64,000 bases of DNA, taken from NCBI GenBank assembly GCA_963813025.1, contig CAWEXO010000011.1, forward strand, positions 800,001-864,000, given 5' to 3'. The notes beneath the pieces are model-generated. The model was not told the origin of the DNA. It made no database searches and saw nothing but the letters and a program-made list of their open reading frames with translations. The DNA is from an uncultured Verrucomicrobiae bacterium. Its GTDB lineage: Bacteria; Verrucomicrobiota; Verrucomicrobiia; Chthoniobacterales; JAFAMB01. Positions within the stretch are counted from its first letter, which is position 1; each line of letters begins with the position of its first letter. This document shows positions 7,794-17,774 of this stretch, piece by piece. The position numbers were made by a program, and so were the translations under genes.

Positions 7794-8993
7794 GTGATTT
7801 GCGTTTGGGTAAACAAACGCGACTGGCGGCATCCAGGTCCGATCGTCAACATGGCGGTGCGCAACGCGCACAGTCTGGCATCTCTGGGCGTAGAGACGCA
7901 TCTGTGCCTTGGCGCTGGTCAGCAGCCCAGTGTGGTTCAAGACCTGCAGGATTTCTACGGACTGCGTCCGTTACCCACCCTGAAGATTCATCTCACTTCT
8001 CGCTCAAGCACGTTCGGGTGGCATCGGCGAAACAGCAGCGGGCCCATTTTTCGCACGGCAATGCGCCTGATCACCTCGCTGCTTCGTGAACGGCCCGACG
8101 AACAGATCGCTGTCCTGACGCGAGAAGGATCTTTTTTGCCCCGTCTTTGCTGGCTAGGCTTGCGCTTTCGAGCGCGGATGTTTTACGAAATACATGATTA
8201 CTATGCCGACCTGCGCTGGCGAAAACGGGAAGGTCAGCGGATCAAAATTCAAGACATGCGCCAGCAGTGGCTGGAGCGGATTTTTCTGCCACGGCTGAAC
8301 GGCCTGATCTGCATCACCGAGGCACAGCAATTTCTTTACAAAAAAAATTTTCCGAAAGTCCCCAGTGTGGCGTTGCTGCTCGGAACGGATCCGGACCGGG
8401 AGAGCATCGATCACGAGAGCCGGCGCGCGTTGCGGCGGGCGGTGTACGTTGGCCGGCTCAGCAGGGGAAAAGGGCTCGAGCTAATGCTGCGGGCGGCTCA
8501 TTCTTTGCGCGATAGGAATATTCGATTTGCGTTTTGGGGTGGCAATCCTGAGCAGATTGCCAGATTGCGTACGCGAGCAGAAGGCATGGGCATAGGGGAG
8601 TCCGTGGAAAGTGTGAGCACCCGGTCGCCGGAAGGGCTCCGGGAAGCGCTCGCACGTCAGGCGAGCGTTGGTTTATTGCCGCTTGAAGACAGCTTTTATA
8701 ATCGTTATCTCACTTGTCCGGTGAAAGCGCTCGACTACCTCTCGCACGGCCTGCCGGTCGTCGCGAGCGACCTGGAATCTTGCCGGGAGGTTCTGGGGAG
8801 CGATGGGGCCGGTCACTTTTTCCCGCCGGGAGACGAGCGTCTCCTGGCGGATGCTCTGGCCAAACTCCTGGATAATCCAGAACGGTACGCCCACGCGGCT
8901 GCTGTCGCCAGCCACCGCGCTCAGGAGATCAGCTGGAAAGCTCGTGCGGAAAAGCTCCTGCGGTTTGTGGAAGAGAAGAGCTGCGACCAATGA
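7794..8993 (+). CDS. glycosyltransferase family 4 (GT-B)
   Basis: YVGRLSRGKG, CPVKALDYLSHGLPVVASD; start (GTG 7794) approximate. Confidence 0.9.
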   Translation: MICVWVNKRDWRHPGPIVNMAVRNAHSLASLGVETHLCLGAGQQPSVVQDLQDFYGLRPLPTLKIHLTSRSSTFGWHRRNSSGPIFRTAMRLITSLLRERPDEQIAVLTREGSFLPRLCWLGLRFRARMFYEIHDYYADLRWRKREGQRIKIQDMRQQWLERIFLPRLNGLICITEAQQFLYKKNFPKVPSVALLLGTDPDRESIDHESRRALRRAVYVGRLSRGKGLELMLRAAHSLRDRNIRFAFWGGNPEQIARLRTRAEGMGIGESVESVSTRSPEGLREALARQASVGLLPLEDSFYNRYLTCPVKALDYLSHGLPVVASDLESCREVLGSDGAGHFFPPGDERLLADALAKLLDNPERYAHAAAVASHRAQEISWKARAEKLLRFVEEKSCDQ

Positions 8994-9029
8994 CCGATGG
9001 CCGATGACCGATAGCCGATGACCGATAGG
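8990..9029. repeat. CCGATGA/CCGATAG heptamer tandem repeat; related tract at 55991-56037
   Basis: atgaccgatggccgatgaccgatagccgatgaccgatag. Confidence 0.75.
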
Positions 9030-9040
9030 AGCTAGCTAAG

Positions 9041-9862
9041 GTGCCGGAACTAGCCGAGGTAGAACATTCACGAAGGCTGTGGGACGTCGCCTTGCGGCAG
9101 CGTATTCTAGAGGTACGTTTTCCGAAGCTGGAGGATCGGGTCTTTCGGGGCACGTCAACCAGCCAACTCCAAGCCGAGATAACCGGCAAAATCTATCGCG
9201 AATCGAAAAGTCGGGGTAAACAGTTGCTTTTCCGCTTTGGCCAGACCGCCTGGCTGGGGATTCATCTGGGCATGTCGGGAGATTTGCGGACCGAGCCGCT
9301 CAAGTACGAGCCTCTTAAACACGACGTGTTGATCCTGCGTCAGAAGCAGCGTCATCTCATCTTTTCCGATCAGCGTCACTTTGGCCGGGTGCTCTTCCAC
9401 AGCGGGATCGAGCCTCCGCCGTGGTGGAGCAATCTTCCGCCGGCGATTTTGTCTTCCGCGTTTAGCAAAACCCTGGTCGCGGACTTTCTCCGCCGAAGAG
9501 GAGGTTCGCCGCTCAAAGCCGTCCTCCTCAGCCAAGAACGGTTTCCAGGTATTGGTAACTGGATGGCGGACGAGATCTTGTGGAGAGCCCGGCTGCATCC
9601 GGCGCGATTGGCTGGAGAATTGACGGCTAAAGAAGTCGCTACGCTTTATCGAACCGTTCGCCGGGTCTGCGAGCTGGCCGTCAAGTCCATGGATGAACAC
9701 TGGGAATATCCAAAAAGCTGGTTGTTTGCTCATCGTTGGGAAAAGGGAGGCAAATGCCCGAGATGCCGGGCGCCTCTGGAGCGGGCGAAGATCAGTGGAA
9801 GGACGACGTGCTGGTGCCCGAGAGAGCAATGGAAGAAGCGTAGCACCACAAATCGACTATGA
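9041..9862 (+). CDS. mutM: Fpg/Nei family DNA glycosylase/AP lyase
   Basis: N-terminal PELAEVE, RGK, HLGMSG, H2TH GIGNWMADE, C-terminal zinc-finger region. Confidence 0.9.
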   Translation: MPELAEVEHSRRLWDVALRQRILEVRFPKLEDRVFRGTSTSQLQAEITGKIYRESKSRGKQLLFRFGQTAWLGIHLGMSGDLRTEPLKYEPLKHDVLILRQKQRHLIFSDQRHFGRVLFHSGIEPPPWWSNLPPAILSSAFSKTLVADFLRRRGGSPLKAVLLSQERFPGIGNWMADEILWRARLHPARLAGELTAKEVATLYRTVRRVCELAVKSMDEHWEYPKSWLFAHRWEKGGKCPRCRAPLERAKISGRTTCWCPREQWKKRSTTNRL

Positions 9863-9945
9863 GCGGCTGACGTCCATGTAAAGTTAGGGCTGGATCCTGG
9901 GCCCGTCGGGCTTTGACATTAGCCGGCGGCGGTGGGAAAGACTCG

Positions 9946-10089
9946 GTGCCGGTAGGGCGATCCGCCTTGACGGACGAGCCTTGGCGAGAACTTGTTTGAG
10001 CCGCCTTCGCAGTGGCCTGTCGCAGTTCCCCGCTCGAACGAATCTTCGCCAAAAGACTCATTCGCCAAGGCGGATCGCCCTACCGGCAC
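9946..10089. repeat. GTAG-type REPIN (long palindrome); homolog at 14146-14274
   Basis: Perfect 24-bp inverted arms gtgccggtagggcgatccgccttg / caaggcggatcgccctaccggcac; internal ggcgagaac.tgtttgagccg shared with the 14146 copy. Confidence 0.85.
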
Positions 10090-10153
10090 GAGGCGTGAGA
10101 CACCGCGAGACAGCCGCAAACTTCTCGCGCCAACTTATCACTTAAGCACAAAA

Positions 10154-10921
10154 ATGCTGGATCTGGAGAAGCAAACAGCCATCGTGACCGGCGTCAGCCG
10201 AGAACGCGGCATCGGAGCAGCGATTTGTCGCTCGCTGGCGAAAGCTGGTGCTAACGTATTTTTTACCAGTTGGCACTCATACGATGCAGAGATCTGGGGT
10301 GACGAACCAGATTTTCCGGAACAGTTCGTAACCGAGTTGCGGTCATTCGGAATCAAAGCGGCTCACTTGGAGATCGACCTGGGCGATGTATCTGCGGTTG
10401 GGCGGGTGGTCGATCGGGTGGAAGAGCTTTTTGGGGAGGCGCATATTCTGGTGAACAACGCCTGCCACTCGGTGCGGGAGAGTTTGGATACGGTCACGCC
10501 GGAAATACTCGATCGGAGTTATGCGGTGAACGCTCGTGCGCCGATCCTGCTGAGCATCGAGTTTGTGAGACGCTTTCGCGGTCGTGGCGCTCGCCGGATT
10601 GTTTCGATGACCAGCGGCCAGAGCAGATCCCAAATGCCAGGGGAATTAGCCTACGCCGCGACAAAGGCCGCGATTGACGCCTTTACCCTGACGTTCGCCG
10701 GCGTGGCAGCGACGCTGGGGATTACGGTCAATGCGGTGGATCCCGGTCCGACCGACACCGGTTGGATGGACGAGGAGATCAGGCAAAAAGCTATGACACC
10801 TTTTGGTCGCATCGGTCAACCCGAGGACGCCGCTCGGCTCGTTCGATTCCTTGTTTCTTCCGGAGCTGATTGGATCTCGGGTCAGGTGATACGCTCCGAC
10901 GGTGCACGGTATACGGCGTAG
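10154..10921 (+). CDS. SDR family oxidoreductase
   Basis: VTGVSRERGIG, LVNNA, YAATK, VNAVDPGPTDTGW. Confidence 0.93.
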   Translation: MLDLEKQTAIVTGVSRERGIGAAICRSLAKAGANVFFTSWHSYDAEIWGDEPDFPEQFVTELRSFGIKAAHLEIDLGDVSAVGRVVDRVEELFGEAHILVNNACHSVRESLDTVTPEILDRSYAVNARAPILLSIEFVRRFRGRGARRIVSMTSGQSRSQMPGELAYAATKAAIDAFTLTFAGVAATLGITVNAVDPGPTDTGWMDEEIRQKAMTPFGRIGQPEDAARLVRFLVSSGADWISGQVIRSDGARYTA

Positions 10922-10947
10922 ATTTGGAGATTGTCTCCAAGTTTTGA

Positions 10948-11895
10948 TCAAGTCAGCCTCTCGCGTCCGTGCGGCGCGCTCAAATCCTGTGCTGGGCCGA
11001 CGGGAACGATCCGAGTGGGATTGATGTCATCGTGCGTGAAATAGTAATGACGCTTGATGTGATCGAAATTCACAGTCTCGGCGATTCGGTCGTACTGGTA
11101 AAGATCACGAAGATAACCGGAGAGGGCAGGGTAATCGACGATTCGGCGGATATTACATTTGAAATGCCCATGGTAAACCGCGTCGAAACGAATGAGAGTC
11201 ACGAAGAGACGCCAATCGGTTTCGAGGGGAAGCTCTGCAATCAGATAGCGGCGGCGCGAGAGCCGCTTTTCCAGACGATCGAGTGTGGCGAAGAGCGGAT
11301 AGACTGCTTCTTCGTAAGCGGCCTGCGCGGTCGCAAACCCCGCCCGGTAGACGCCGTTATTTACGGTTTCGTAAATCAGCTTATTCAGGTGATCGATCTC
11401 GGCCTGATGTTCCGGGGGATAAAGGTCGAGGTCATTCTGGGCAAACTGGTTGAAGGCCGAGTTCAGCAACCGCATCAAATCATCGTCTGAGTTCGAGACG
11501 ATGCGCGCCGTTTGTTTATCCCACAGAACTGGTACGGTAACGCGGCCGGTATAGGCCGGGTCACTTTGCAGGTAAGCGTCGCGGAGGAATTTGAAGCCGT
11601 TGATGGGGTCCCGGGAAAAACCCGGTCCGTCTCGAAAAGCCCAGCCGCGCTCATCCCGGATGGGGTCAACAGCGGTCATCCCGATAGCCTCCTCCAGGCC
11701 TTTCAACCGACGCACTATAATCGTGCGATGCGCCCAGGGACAGGCCCAGGAGACATAGAGATGATACCGGCCGCTCGCGGGTTTGAACTGCGCGGAGTCG
11801 TCCGAAGAAATCCAGTGGCGGAAAACGTCTTCCTGTCGTTCAAAGCTACCGTCCACGGATTGCTCCGCCGGGAACTGACTCTTGATTGTGCTCAC
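10948..11895 (-). CDS. yqjG: glutathionyl-hydroquinone reductase (YqjG/ECM4-like GST)
   Basis: GRYHLYVSWACPWAHR, RVTVPVLWDK, VNNGVYRAGFA, RFDAVY.GHFKCN. Confidence 0.93.
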   Translation of the reverse strand: MSTIKSQFPAEQSVDGSFERQEDVFRHWISSDDSAQFKPASGRYHLYVSWACPWAHRTIIVRRLKGLEEAIGMTAVDPIRDERGWAFRDGPGFSRDPINGFKFLRDAYLQSDPAYTGRVTVPVLWDKQTARIVSNSDDDLMRLLNSAFNQFAQNDLDLYPPEHQAEIDHLNKLIYETVNNGVYRAGFATAQAAYEEAVYPLFATLDRLEKRLSRRRYLIAELPLETDWRLFVTLIRFDAVYHGHFKCNIRRIVDYPALSGYLRDLYQYDRIAETVNFDHIKRHYYFTHDDINPTRIVPVGPAQDLSAPHGRERLT

Positions 11896-12001
11896 AACGC
11901 ACCGTACCGCCAGGTACCGGTCGCGTCCAAAGCGGAACTTCCTGCCTCCTCGTTTCTCTCATTGCTCGAAAACATTTTTTATTTACGATTTGACTGCAAC
12001 C

Positions 12002-13837
12002 ATGAATCTGACGGCCTCTCTGGAAAAGCATTTTGGCTTCCGGGAATTTCGGGAACCGCAGGACGAAGTGATCACCGAGATCTTGGCCGGGCGGGATGTG
12101 TTTGTCGTGATGCCTACCGGCGGCGGTAAATCGTTGTGCTACCAGTTGCCTGCCTTGCTCTTCGACGGCGTGACCTTAGTCGTGTCGCCTCTGATCGCGC
12201 TGATGAAGGATCAGGTTGACCGGCTGTGCCAGCGCGGTTTGCCGGCCGGCGCCCTCAATAGCTCGATGTCGCTCAGCGAGCAGCACGACACCGTGCGCCG
12301 GATGATGAGACGCGAGTTAAAGCTGGTATACGTCGCACCCGAGCGATTTCGGAGCCAGGCGTTTCTGCGTTCGTTGAGCGGGCTGCCGCTCGCTCTTTTT
12401 GCCGTTGACGAGGCGCATTGTCTATCGCAATGGGGCCACGATTTTCGGCCGGATTACTTTCGCCTCGGTGCGGTGATTGAAGCGCTAGGGCACCCCCAGA
12501 TCGCTGCCTTTACCGCAACGGCGACGCCGCCGGTTCGCGCCGATATTCTGGGCCGCTTGGGCTTGCGGAATCCGCGGACTTTTATCGCTGGTTTCGCCCG
12601 GCCAAACTTGAAATTCAGCGTCTACGCTGCACAGAGCGATCAGGACAAATTCAGCCGCCTGAAAGAAATAATCGGGCGCGATCGTGCTGGGATCGTTTAT
12701 TGCGCTACCCGGAAAAGGGTGGAGCAAGTCACGGAAGTGCTGCGGACCTGGAAACTGCGCACGGAACTTTACCATGGTGGACTCGAAGACCAGGAGCGTG
12801 CTCTCGCCCAAAACCGATTTGCCAGCGGCAAGGCGGACATCGTCGTGGCAACAAACGCTTTCGGCATGGGGATCGATCGCGCCGAGCTCCGGTTCGTTGT
12901 TCATTTCGAAATTCCCGGCTCGTTGGAAGTCTATTACCAGGAAGCCGGGCGCGCCGGTCGCGATGGCGAACCGGCCGATTGCGAGCTGCTTTTCAACTAC
13001 GCCGATACGGAAGTACAGGAGTTCTTTATCGAGGGGAACAATCCTTCGGCGCAGTTGATCCGCCACGTGTATCGCTTTCTTGATCAAAATGTGGATCACT
13101 CGGAAAAATTGATCATGCCGGTACAGGAAATGGCGGATCGGATGGGCGTTGATAATGAGAAGGCGGTCCGCTCGGCTTTGACGGTTCTGGAACGGGCGGA
13201 GCTGATTGAACGTTTCGATGTTCCCGGCTCGCGGGTGCGTGGAACGGCTTTAAGACAGCGGCTTAATCCGGACAAGCTGCCTCTTGACTACGAGGCGCTC
13301 CGGGAGAAGGAGAGCCGGGATCGAGCAAAGTTGAAAGCGTTGCTCAATTACGCTTACACGCGGCGTTGCCGGCCGGCGACGATCCTCGATTATTTTGGCG
13401 ACCCGGCGGCGCATGTCTGCGGTACGTGCGACAGCTGTTTGAGCGGCCGGCCGATGCAGCAACGCGGTCCGACTGAGACAGAGCGAATCGTCGTGCGCAA
13501 GGTGTTGAGTGGCGTCGCCCGGATGTCCTATCGGACGGCTCGTGGTTTCAAACCGCGGTTTGGCCGAACCAGAATTGTGCAAGTGCTTGCGGGGAGCAGG
13601 GCAACCGAAGTCTTTGACCTACGGCTGAACCAGCTCTCTACATACGGGATTCTGCGTGAGTTCAGCGACGCCTACCTGCACGAAATAATTATGGAACTGC
13701 AAACCGCTGGTTTGGTGGCGTCGCAGGAGGGAGCGTTCCCGGTTCTCGGGCTGACCCCGGCGGGGGTGGAGGTCATGCGAGGCAGCAGCGATTTCGAGTT
13801 GGTCTGGCCGGAAGTCAAAAGGAGAAAGAAAAGGTAG
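12002..13837 (+). CDS. recQ: RecQ-family ATP-dependent DNA helicase
   Basis: MPTGGGKSLCYQ, DEAHC.SQWGHDFRP, ATNAFGMGID, YYQEAGRAGRDG, zinc-binding cysteines, RQC domain; no evident HRDC. Confidence 0.95.
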   Translation: MNLTASLEKHFGFREFREPQDEVITEILAGRDVFVVMPTGGGKSLCYQLPALLFDGVTLVVSPLIALMKDQVDRLCQRGLPAGALNSSMSLSEQHDTVRRMMRRELKLVYVAPERFRSQAFLRSLSGLPLALFAVDEAHCLSQWGHDFRPDYFRLGAVIEALGHPQIAAFTATATPPVRADILGRLGLRNPRTFIAGFARPNLKFSVYAAQSDQDKFSRLKEIIGRDRAGIVYCATRKRVEQVTEVLRTWKLRTELYHGGLEDQERALAQNRFASGKADIVVATNAFGMGIDRAELRFVVHFEIPGSLEVYYQEAGRAGRDGEPADCELLFNYADTEVQEFFIEGNNPSAQLIRHVYRFLDQNVDHSEKLIMPVQEMADRMGVDNEKAVRSALTVLERAELIERFDVPGSRVRGTALRQRLNPDKLPLDYEALREKESRDRAKLKALLNYAYTRRCRPATILDYFGDPAAHVCGTCDSCLSGRPMQQRGPTETERIVVRKVLSGVARMSYRTARGFKPRFGRTRIVQVLAGSRATEVFDLRLNQLSTYGILREFSDAYLHEIIMELQTAGLVASQEGAFPVLGLTPAGVEVMRGSSDFELVWPEVKRRKKR

Positions 13838-13904
13838 GGCGGGCGCCAACCGGCTGGAAGCAGCGGCGAAAAAAGCGGCTCTCGCACGGAGGGCACGGTG
13901 TGCG

Positions 13905-14073
13905 CGGCGCGGCGGAGCCGCAACCAAAGCGGCCGCGCAGTCCACTGACAGGGTGGAAGCCTGTACCACTTTTCCACCGTGACACCGGCATCTTGCCGGT
14001 CAACCTTCAAACTGTTTCAGCTTCTCGCAAATCCTCACAGGAAAACAAGATTTTCACGGACAGTAGTACGGAG
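13905..14073 (+). repeat. ~170-bp dispersed element, copy 1
   Basis: Near-identical direct copy at ~14387-14554; ends gccgcaaccaaa ... cagtagtacggag. Confidence 0.85.
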
Positions 14074-14145
14074 TGATTGACATATATTAGAATTTGTTTC
14101 GTTGATCGAGTAGCTGCTCTTCCAACATCCCGCCGGCCCACTACT

Positions 14146-14274
14146 GGTAGGGCGATCCGCCTTGGGGGACGAGCGCCAGGCGAGAACCTGTTTGAGCCGT
14201 CTTGGGCGGTGGCAACTCCGGCGCCCGGCTCAAACGAGTCCTCGCCTGCGGCTCGGATAAATTTTCGCCCTACC
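14146..14274. repeat. GTAG-type REPIN, second copy
   Basis: ggtagggcgatccgccttg ... tcgccctacc with internal gtttgagccg / cggctcaaac stem. Confidence 0.75.
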
Positions 14275-14386
14275 CGGCGCGGGATCAGAGATCCTCTGTG
14301 GCTGCGCGACCTCCGTGCGCGACTCGAATGCTATCAATGTTGAGCCCGTGGCTGGCGGAGCAGAAAAAGACCTCGCACGGTGCGCA

Positions 14387-14554
14387 CGGCGCAGCGTAGC
14401 CGCAACCAAAGCGGCCGCGCAGTCCACTGACAGGTTGGAAGCCTGTGCCACTTTTCCACCGTGACACCGGCATCTTGCCGGTCAATCTTCAAACTGTTCA
14501 GCTCCTCGTAAATCCTCGCAGGAAAACAGCGTTTTCACGGACAGTAGTACGGAG
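14387..14554 (+). repeat. ~170-bp dispersed element, copy 2
   Basis: Direct repeat of 13905-14073. Confidence 0.85.
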
Positions 14555-14729
14555 TTGATTCCAGCTTAAGCACTCCGGGTCTCACTCGCGCTCGGTCCGG
14601 TTTGTTTGGAATCTGTTTAGAAACCCGGGCCGAATCCTGATGTCCCATCCGGGCAAAAAGCGGTTGCCCCGGCAGAGCGTGACAACCGAGTGGCCGTTCA
14701 TTCCCAAAAGAGTCAAAGGCCGACAGCCT

Positions 14730-17180
14730 CTATCCCTCCAGCGCCAGGGGTGGAATCTCGTCAACCGTTTTGATCGGATGAAACCGGAGTTTTTCCCGCG
14801 CTTCACTCGGAACTTCTTCGAGATCTTTTTCGTTGGCCAGCGGGATCAGTACGTCGGCAATCCCCGCGCGCAGGGCCGCCAAGCTCTTCTCTTTCAGGCC
14901 GCCGATTGGCAGAACTGCTCCGCGCAGGGTGATTTCTCCGGTCATGGCGACGTCCTTGCGCACCGGCCTATTCCCAAAAAGGCTGGCCAGCGCTGTGAAA
15001 ATGGCAACACCCGCGCTCGGCCCATCCTTGGGAATCGCGCCGCTCGGAACATGAATATGGACATCCGTAGTGCCGAAGACGTCCTGATCGACCCCGAGCT
15101 GTTTTGAGCGGCTTTTAACCAGGCTGTAGGCGGCCTGCATCGACTCGCGCATGACCTCTCCGACTTGACCGGTAAGAAGAAGATTGCCTTTACCAGGGTA
15201 GCGAGTGGCTTCGACAAACAGCACATCGCCGCCAGTCGGCGTGTAAGCGAGCCCAGTCACGACACCGATCAAACTGTTGTCTAAATGTTGCTCGCGAACG
15301 GTTCGGGCCGCCCTCCCCAGAATGAGGCGGACAAAGTCCGGTGTGGCAATCGTGCTACCAGCGACGACCCCCTTGGCAACTTCCGCCGCTACGCTGCGAC
15401 AGATCGCGCCGATCCGGCGCTCCAAGTCGCGGACTCCCGCTTCATAGGTGTACTCACTAATGATCGTCAGAATGGCTTCGTCTTCAAATCGGCACTGCTC
15501 AGGCGTGAGACCGTTTTCCTGAAGTTGGCGCGGAACAAGGTACTGTTGCGCGATATGAAGTTTTTCGATTTCGGTGTATCCGGGGATGGAGATGATTTCC
15601 ATCCGGTCGCGCAAAGGCGCCGGAATCCCTTCGACATAGTTGGCGGTGCCAATAAAGATGACTTGGCTGAGATCGAAGGGTACATCGAGATAACGATCGA
15701 CGAATGCCTGGTTTTGACGCGGGTCCAGAACTTCGAGGAGGGCGCTCGCTGGATCCCCGCGAAAGTCGGCTCCCAATTTATCCAACTCATCCAACATCAT
15801 CACGGGATTGCGCACCCCAATGCGCCGGATTTCCTGGATGATGCGCCCGGGCATCGCTCCAATATAAGTTCGGCGGTGTCCTCGAATTTCCGCTTCGTCG
15901 CGGATGCCACCCAGGGAAATCCGGGCAAACTTTCGACCGAGCGCATCGGCGATCGATTGCCCCAGACTGGTCTTGCCGACCCCAGGCGGCCCAAGGAAAC
16001 AAAGGATGGGGCTTCGCCCAGTCGGATTCAGCTTACGGACTGCCAGGAACTCGACGATCCGGCGTTTCACTTTCTCCAGGCCGTAGTGGTCTCGATCGAG
16101 AATGGCCTGCGCATTGGCGAGATCGGCACTGTCTTCAGTTGTTTTGTTCCAAGGCAAATCCGCTAACAGCTCAACGTAGGAGATGATTACGGAAGACTCC
16201 GGGCTGGCATTCGGGATGTGCACCAGCCTCTTCAGCTCTTTTTCCGCGGTGTCGAGCACGGCCTGAGGCGCGCCCGCCTCACGCAACCGGTTGCGCAGCA
16301 GTTCCGCCTGTTCTTCCTCATTCGGTTCTTGCTCGCCGAGTTCACGCTGGATGGCCCGGAGTTGCTCGCGGAGGTAAGCGCGCCTCTGGGATTCCGAAAA
16401 GCGGCCCTCGACATCTTGTCGCAATTTTTGTTGCAGCTCGGCGATTTCAATCTGCCGCTGAAGAGCGTCACGAACGGCGTGCAGTCGGGGTAAAAGATCG
16501 GTTTCTTCGAGGATGCCCTGCTTCCGGGCAACATCCAGACCGAGGTTTCCGGCGATGAGGTCCGCTAGTTGCTCGGGACGTTCGACATTCGCCAGGACCG
16601 CTCTTGCCTGTTCGGGAATCTCCGGGGAAAGGTCGAGCAGGCGGGCCGTCATTTCTCTCAGGTTGTTAAACAAGGCTTGCAGTTCAGCGTTATCGCCCGC
16701 CGGAGTGACTGTTGGGACGGTGCTAACGACCGCGCGGAGATACGGTTCGGTCTGAACGAAAGATTCGAACCGAACGCGTTCTTGCGTTTGCACCAACAAA
16801 ATGGCGGAACCGTCGGGTTGGCGAACCAGCTTCAGAACCTGGGCCGCGACTCCGAGCCGGTACAAGTCTGCCGGACCTGGCTTGTCGAGCTGTTCATTCT
16901 GTTGAGTGACCAGGGCGATATACTTGTTGTCTGGCAGTTCCATGTCGATCAACTTGAGAGCGGACGGCCGGCCAACGGTCAGCGGAGCGATCGTTCCCGG
17001 GAACAGGACAATCCCGCGGACCGGAAGCACCGGCAAAGTTCGCTGACCGGTTGTAGCCGCAGCTCGGTTACCGGCCTCGTCTGAAGTAGCGCCGCGCTGT
17101 TCCGGAGCTGGCTCTGGAGTATTTGGTCTGCTTTCCAAGAGAGGATCGTTTTCGGGATTTATCACAAGTTGTCGTTCCAA
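14730..17180 (-). CDS. lon: Lon protease (endopeptidase La)
   Basis: LON N-domain, [35 protein letters not shown] catalytic Ser, IGGLKEK; start approximate. Confidence 0.97.
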   Translation of the reverse strand: MERQLVINPENDPLLESRPNTPEPAPEQRGATSDEAGNRAAATTGQRTLPVLPVRGIVLFPGTIAPLTVGRPSALKLIDMELPDNKYIALVTQQNEQLDKPGPADLYRLGVAAQVLKLVRQPDGSAILLVQTQERVRFESFVQTEPYLRAVVSTVPTVTPAGDNAELQALFNNLREMTARLLDLSPEIPEQARAVLANVERPEQLADLIAGNLGLDVARKQGILEETDLLPRLHAVRDALQRQIEIAELQQKLRQDVEGRFSESQRRAYLREQLRAIQRELGEQEPNEEEQAELLRNRLREAGAPQAVLDTAEKELKRLVHIPNASPESSVIISYVELLADLPWNKTTEDSADLANAQAILDRDHYGLEKVKRRIVEFLAVRKLNPTGRSPILCFLGPPGVGKTSLGQSIADALGRKFARISLGGIRDEAEIRGHRRTYIGAMPGRIIQEIRRIGVRNPVMMLDELDKLGADFRGDPASALLEVLDPRQNQAFVDRYLDVPFDLSQVIFIGTANYVEGIPAPLRDRMEIISIPGYTEIEKLHIAQQYLVPRQLQENGLTPEQCRFEDEAILTIISEYTYEAGVRDLERRIGAICRSVAAEVAKGVVAGSTIATPDFVRLILGRAARTVREQHLDNSLIGVVTGLAYTPTGGDVLFVEATRYPGKGNLLLTGQVGEVMRESMQAAYSLVKSRSKQLGVDQDVFGTTDVHIHVPSGAIPKDGPSAGVAIFTALASLFGNRPVRKDVAMTGEITLRGAVLPIGGLKEKSLAALRAGIADVLIPLANEKDLEEVPSEAREKLRFHPIKTVDEIPPLALEG

Positions 17181-17236
17181 AGATAAATTGGGAAAGAGGA
17201 GTGTCTCCAGGTGAGATCACTCGTGGACGGACGGTT

Positions 17237-17674
17237 TCAGGCATGAGAGCGTCGCGGGATCGTGATCCACAGCAGGCCATTAAACCATTCAGAGCTTGCC
17301 TTCCCCGGAGCAAGATCGTCGGGTAAAGCGATCTCGCGGGCGAACGGTCCGTAGCTGATTTCCATGGCGAGCACGCGCACGTCCTTGCGAGCACGCTGGC
17401 CCTCTTGCGGACAGGGAGGTTCTGGTGGTTCACGATGGCCGCTGATCCGGAGATGCCCTTGGACAAGATCCAACTTCACGCTACCTGGGGCGACGCCAGC
17501 CAATTCAACGGAGATCCGCCAACAGTTCTCACAAAGAAATACATTCACGGACGGAGTCCAAGCCGGGTCTGAGTTTCGAAAACCAGCAAAGTGGAGCTTC
17601 GTGATCTGGTAAGCTACTTCGCCAAGCTGACCTTCCAGACGGCGAAGTCTGAGGGTACGGATGTTGCGGCTCAC
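17237..17674 (-). CDS. Hsp20/alpha-crystallin family protein
   Basis: WTPSVNV, VELAGV, LRISGHR, EISYGPF.REI.LP, NGLLWITIP. Confidence 0.92.
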   Translation of the reverse strand: MSRNIRTLRLRRLEGQLGEVAYQITKLHFAGFRNSDPAWTPSVNVFLCENCWRISVELAGVAPGSVKLDLVQGHLRISGHREPPEPPCPQEGQRARKDVRVLAMEISYGPFAREIALPDDLAPGKASSEWFNGLLWITIPRRSHA

Positions 17675-17774
17675 TCAAAAAAGATCGCGGACGAACAAAA
17701 CAAAGCAAGTGAGTCGCAAAAACTAATCCCAACGGATTACAGACCGCATCCGTGAAAAAGGGTACATTACCCGA

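Noticed and set aside
9750..9835. Fpg zinc finger lacking the fourth Cys (CPRC...CWCPREQ)
   Set aside because: A nearby Cys could substitute, and degenerate fingers occur in Fpg/Nei paralogs; it cannot be judged from sequence alone.
13619..14485. Duplicated small ORFs (MTGKMPVSRWKSGTG...)
   Set aside because: They are translations of the repeated non-coding element, with REP-derived sequence and indels between copies.
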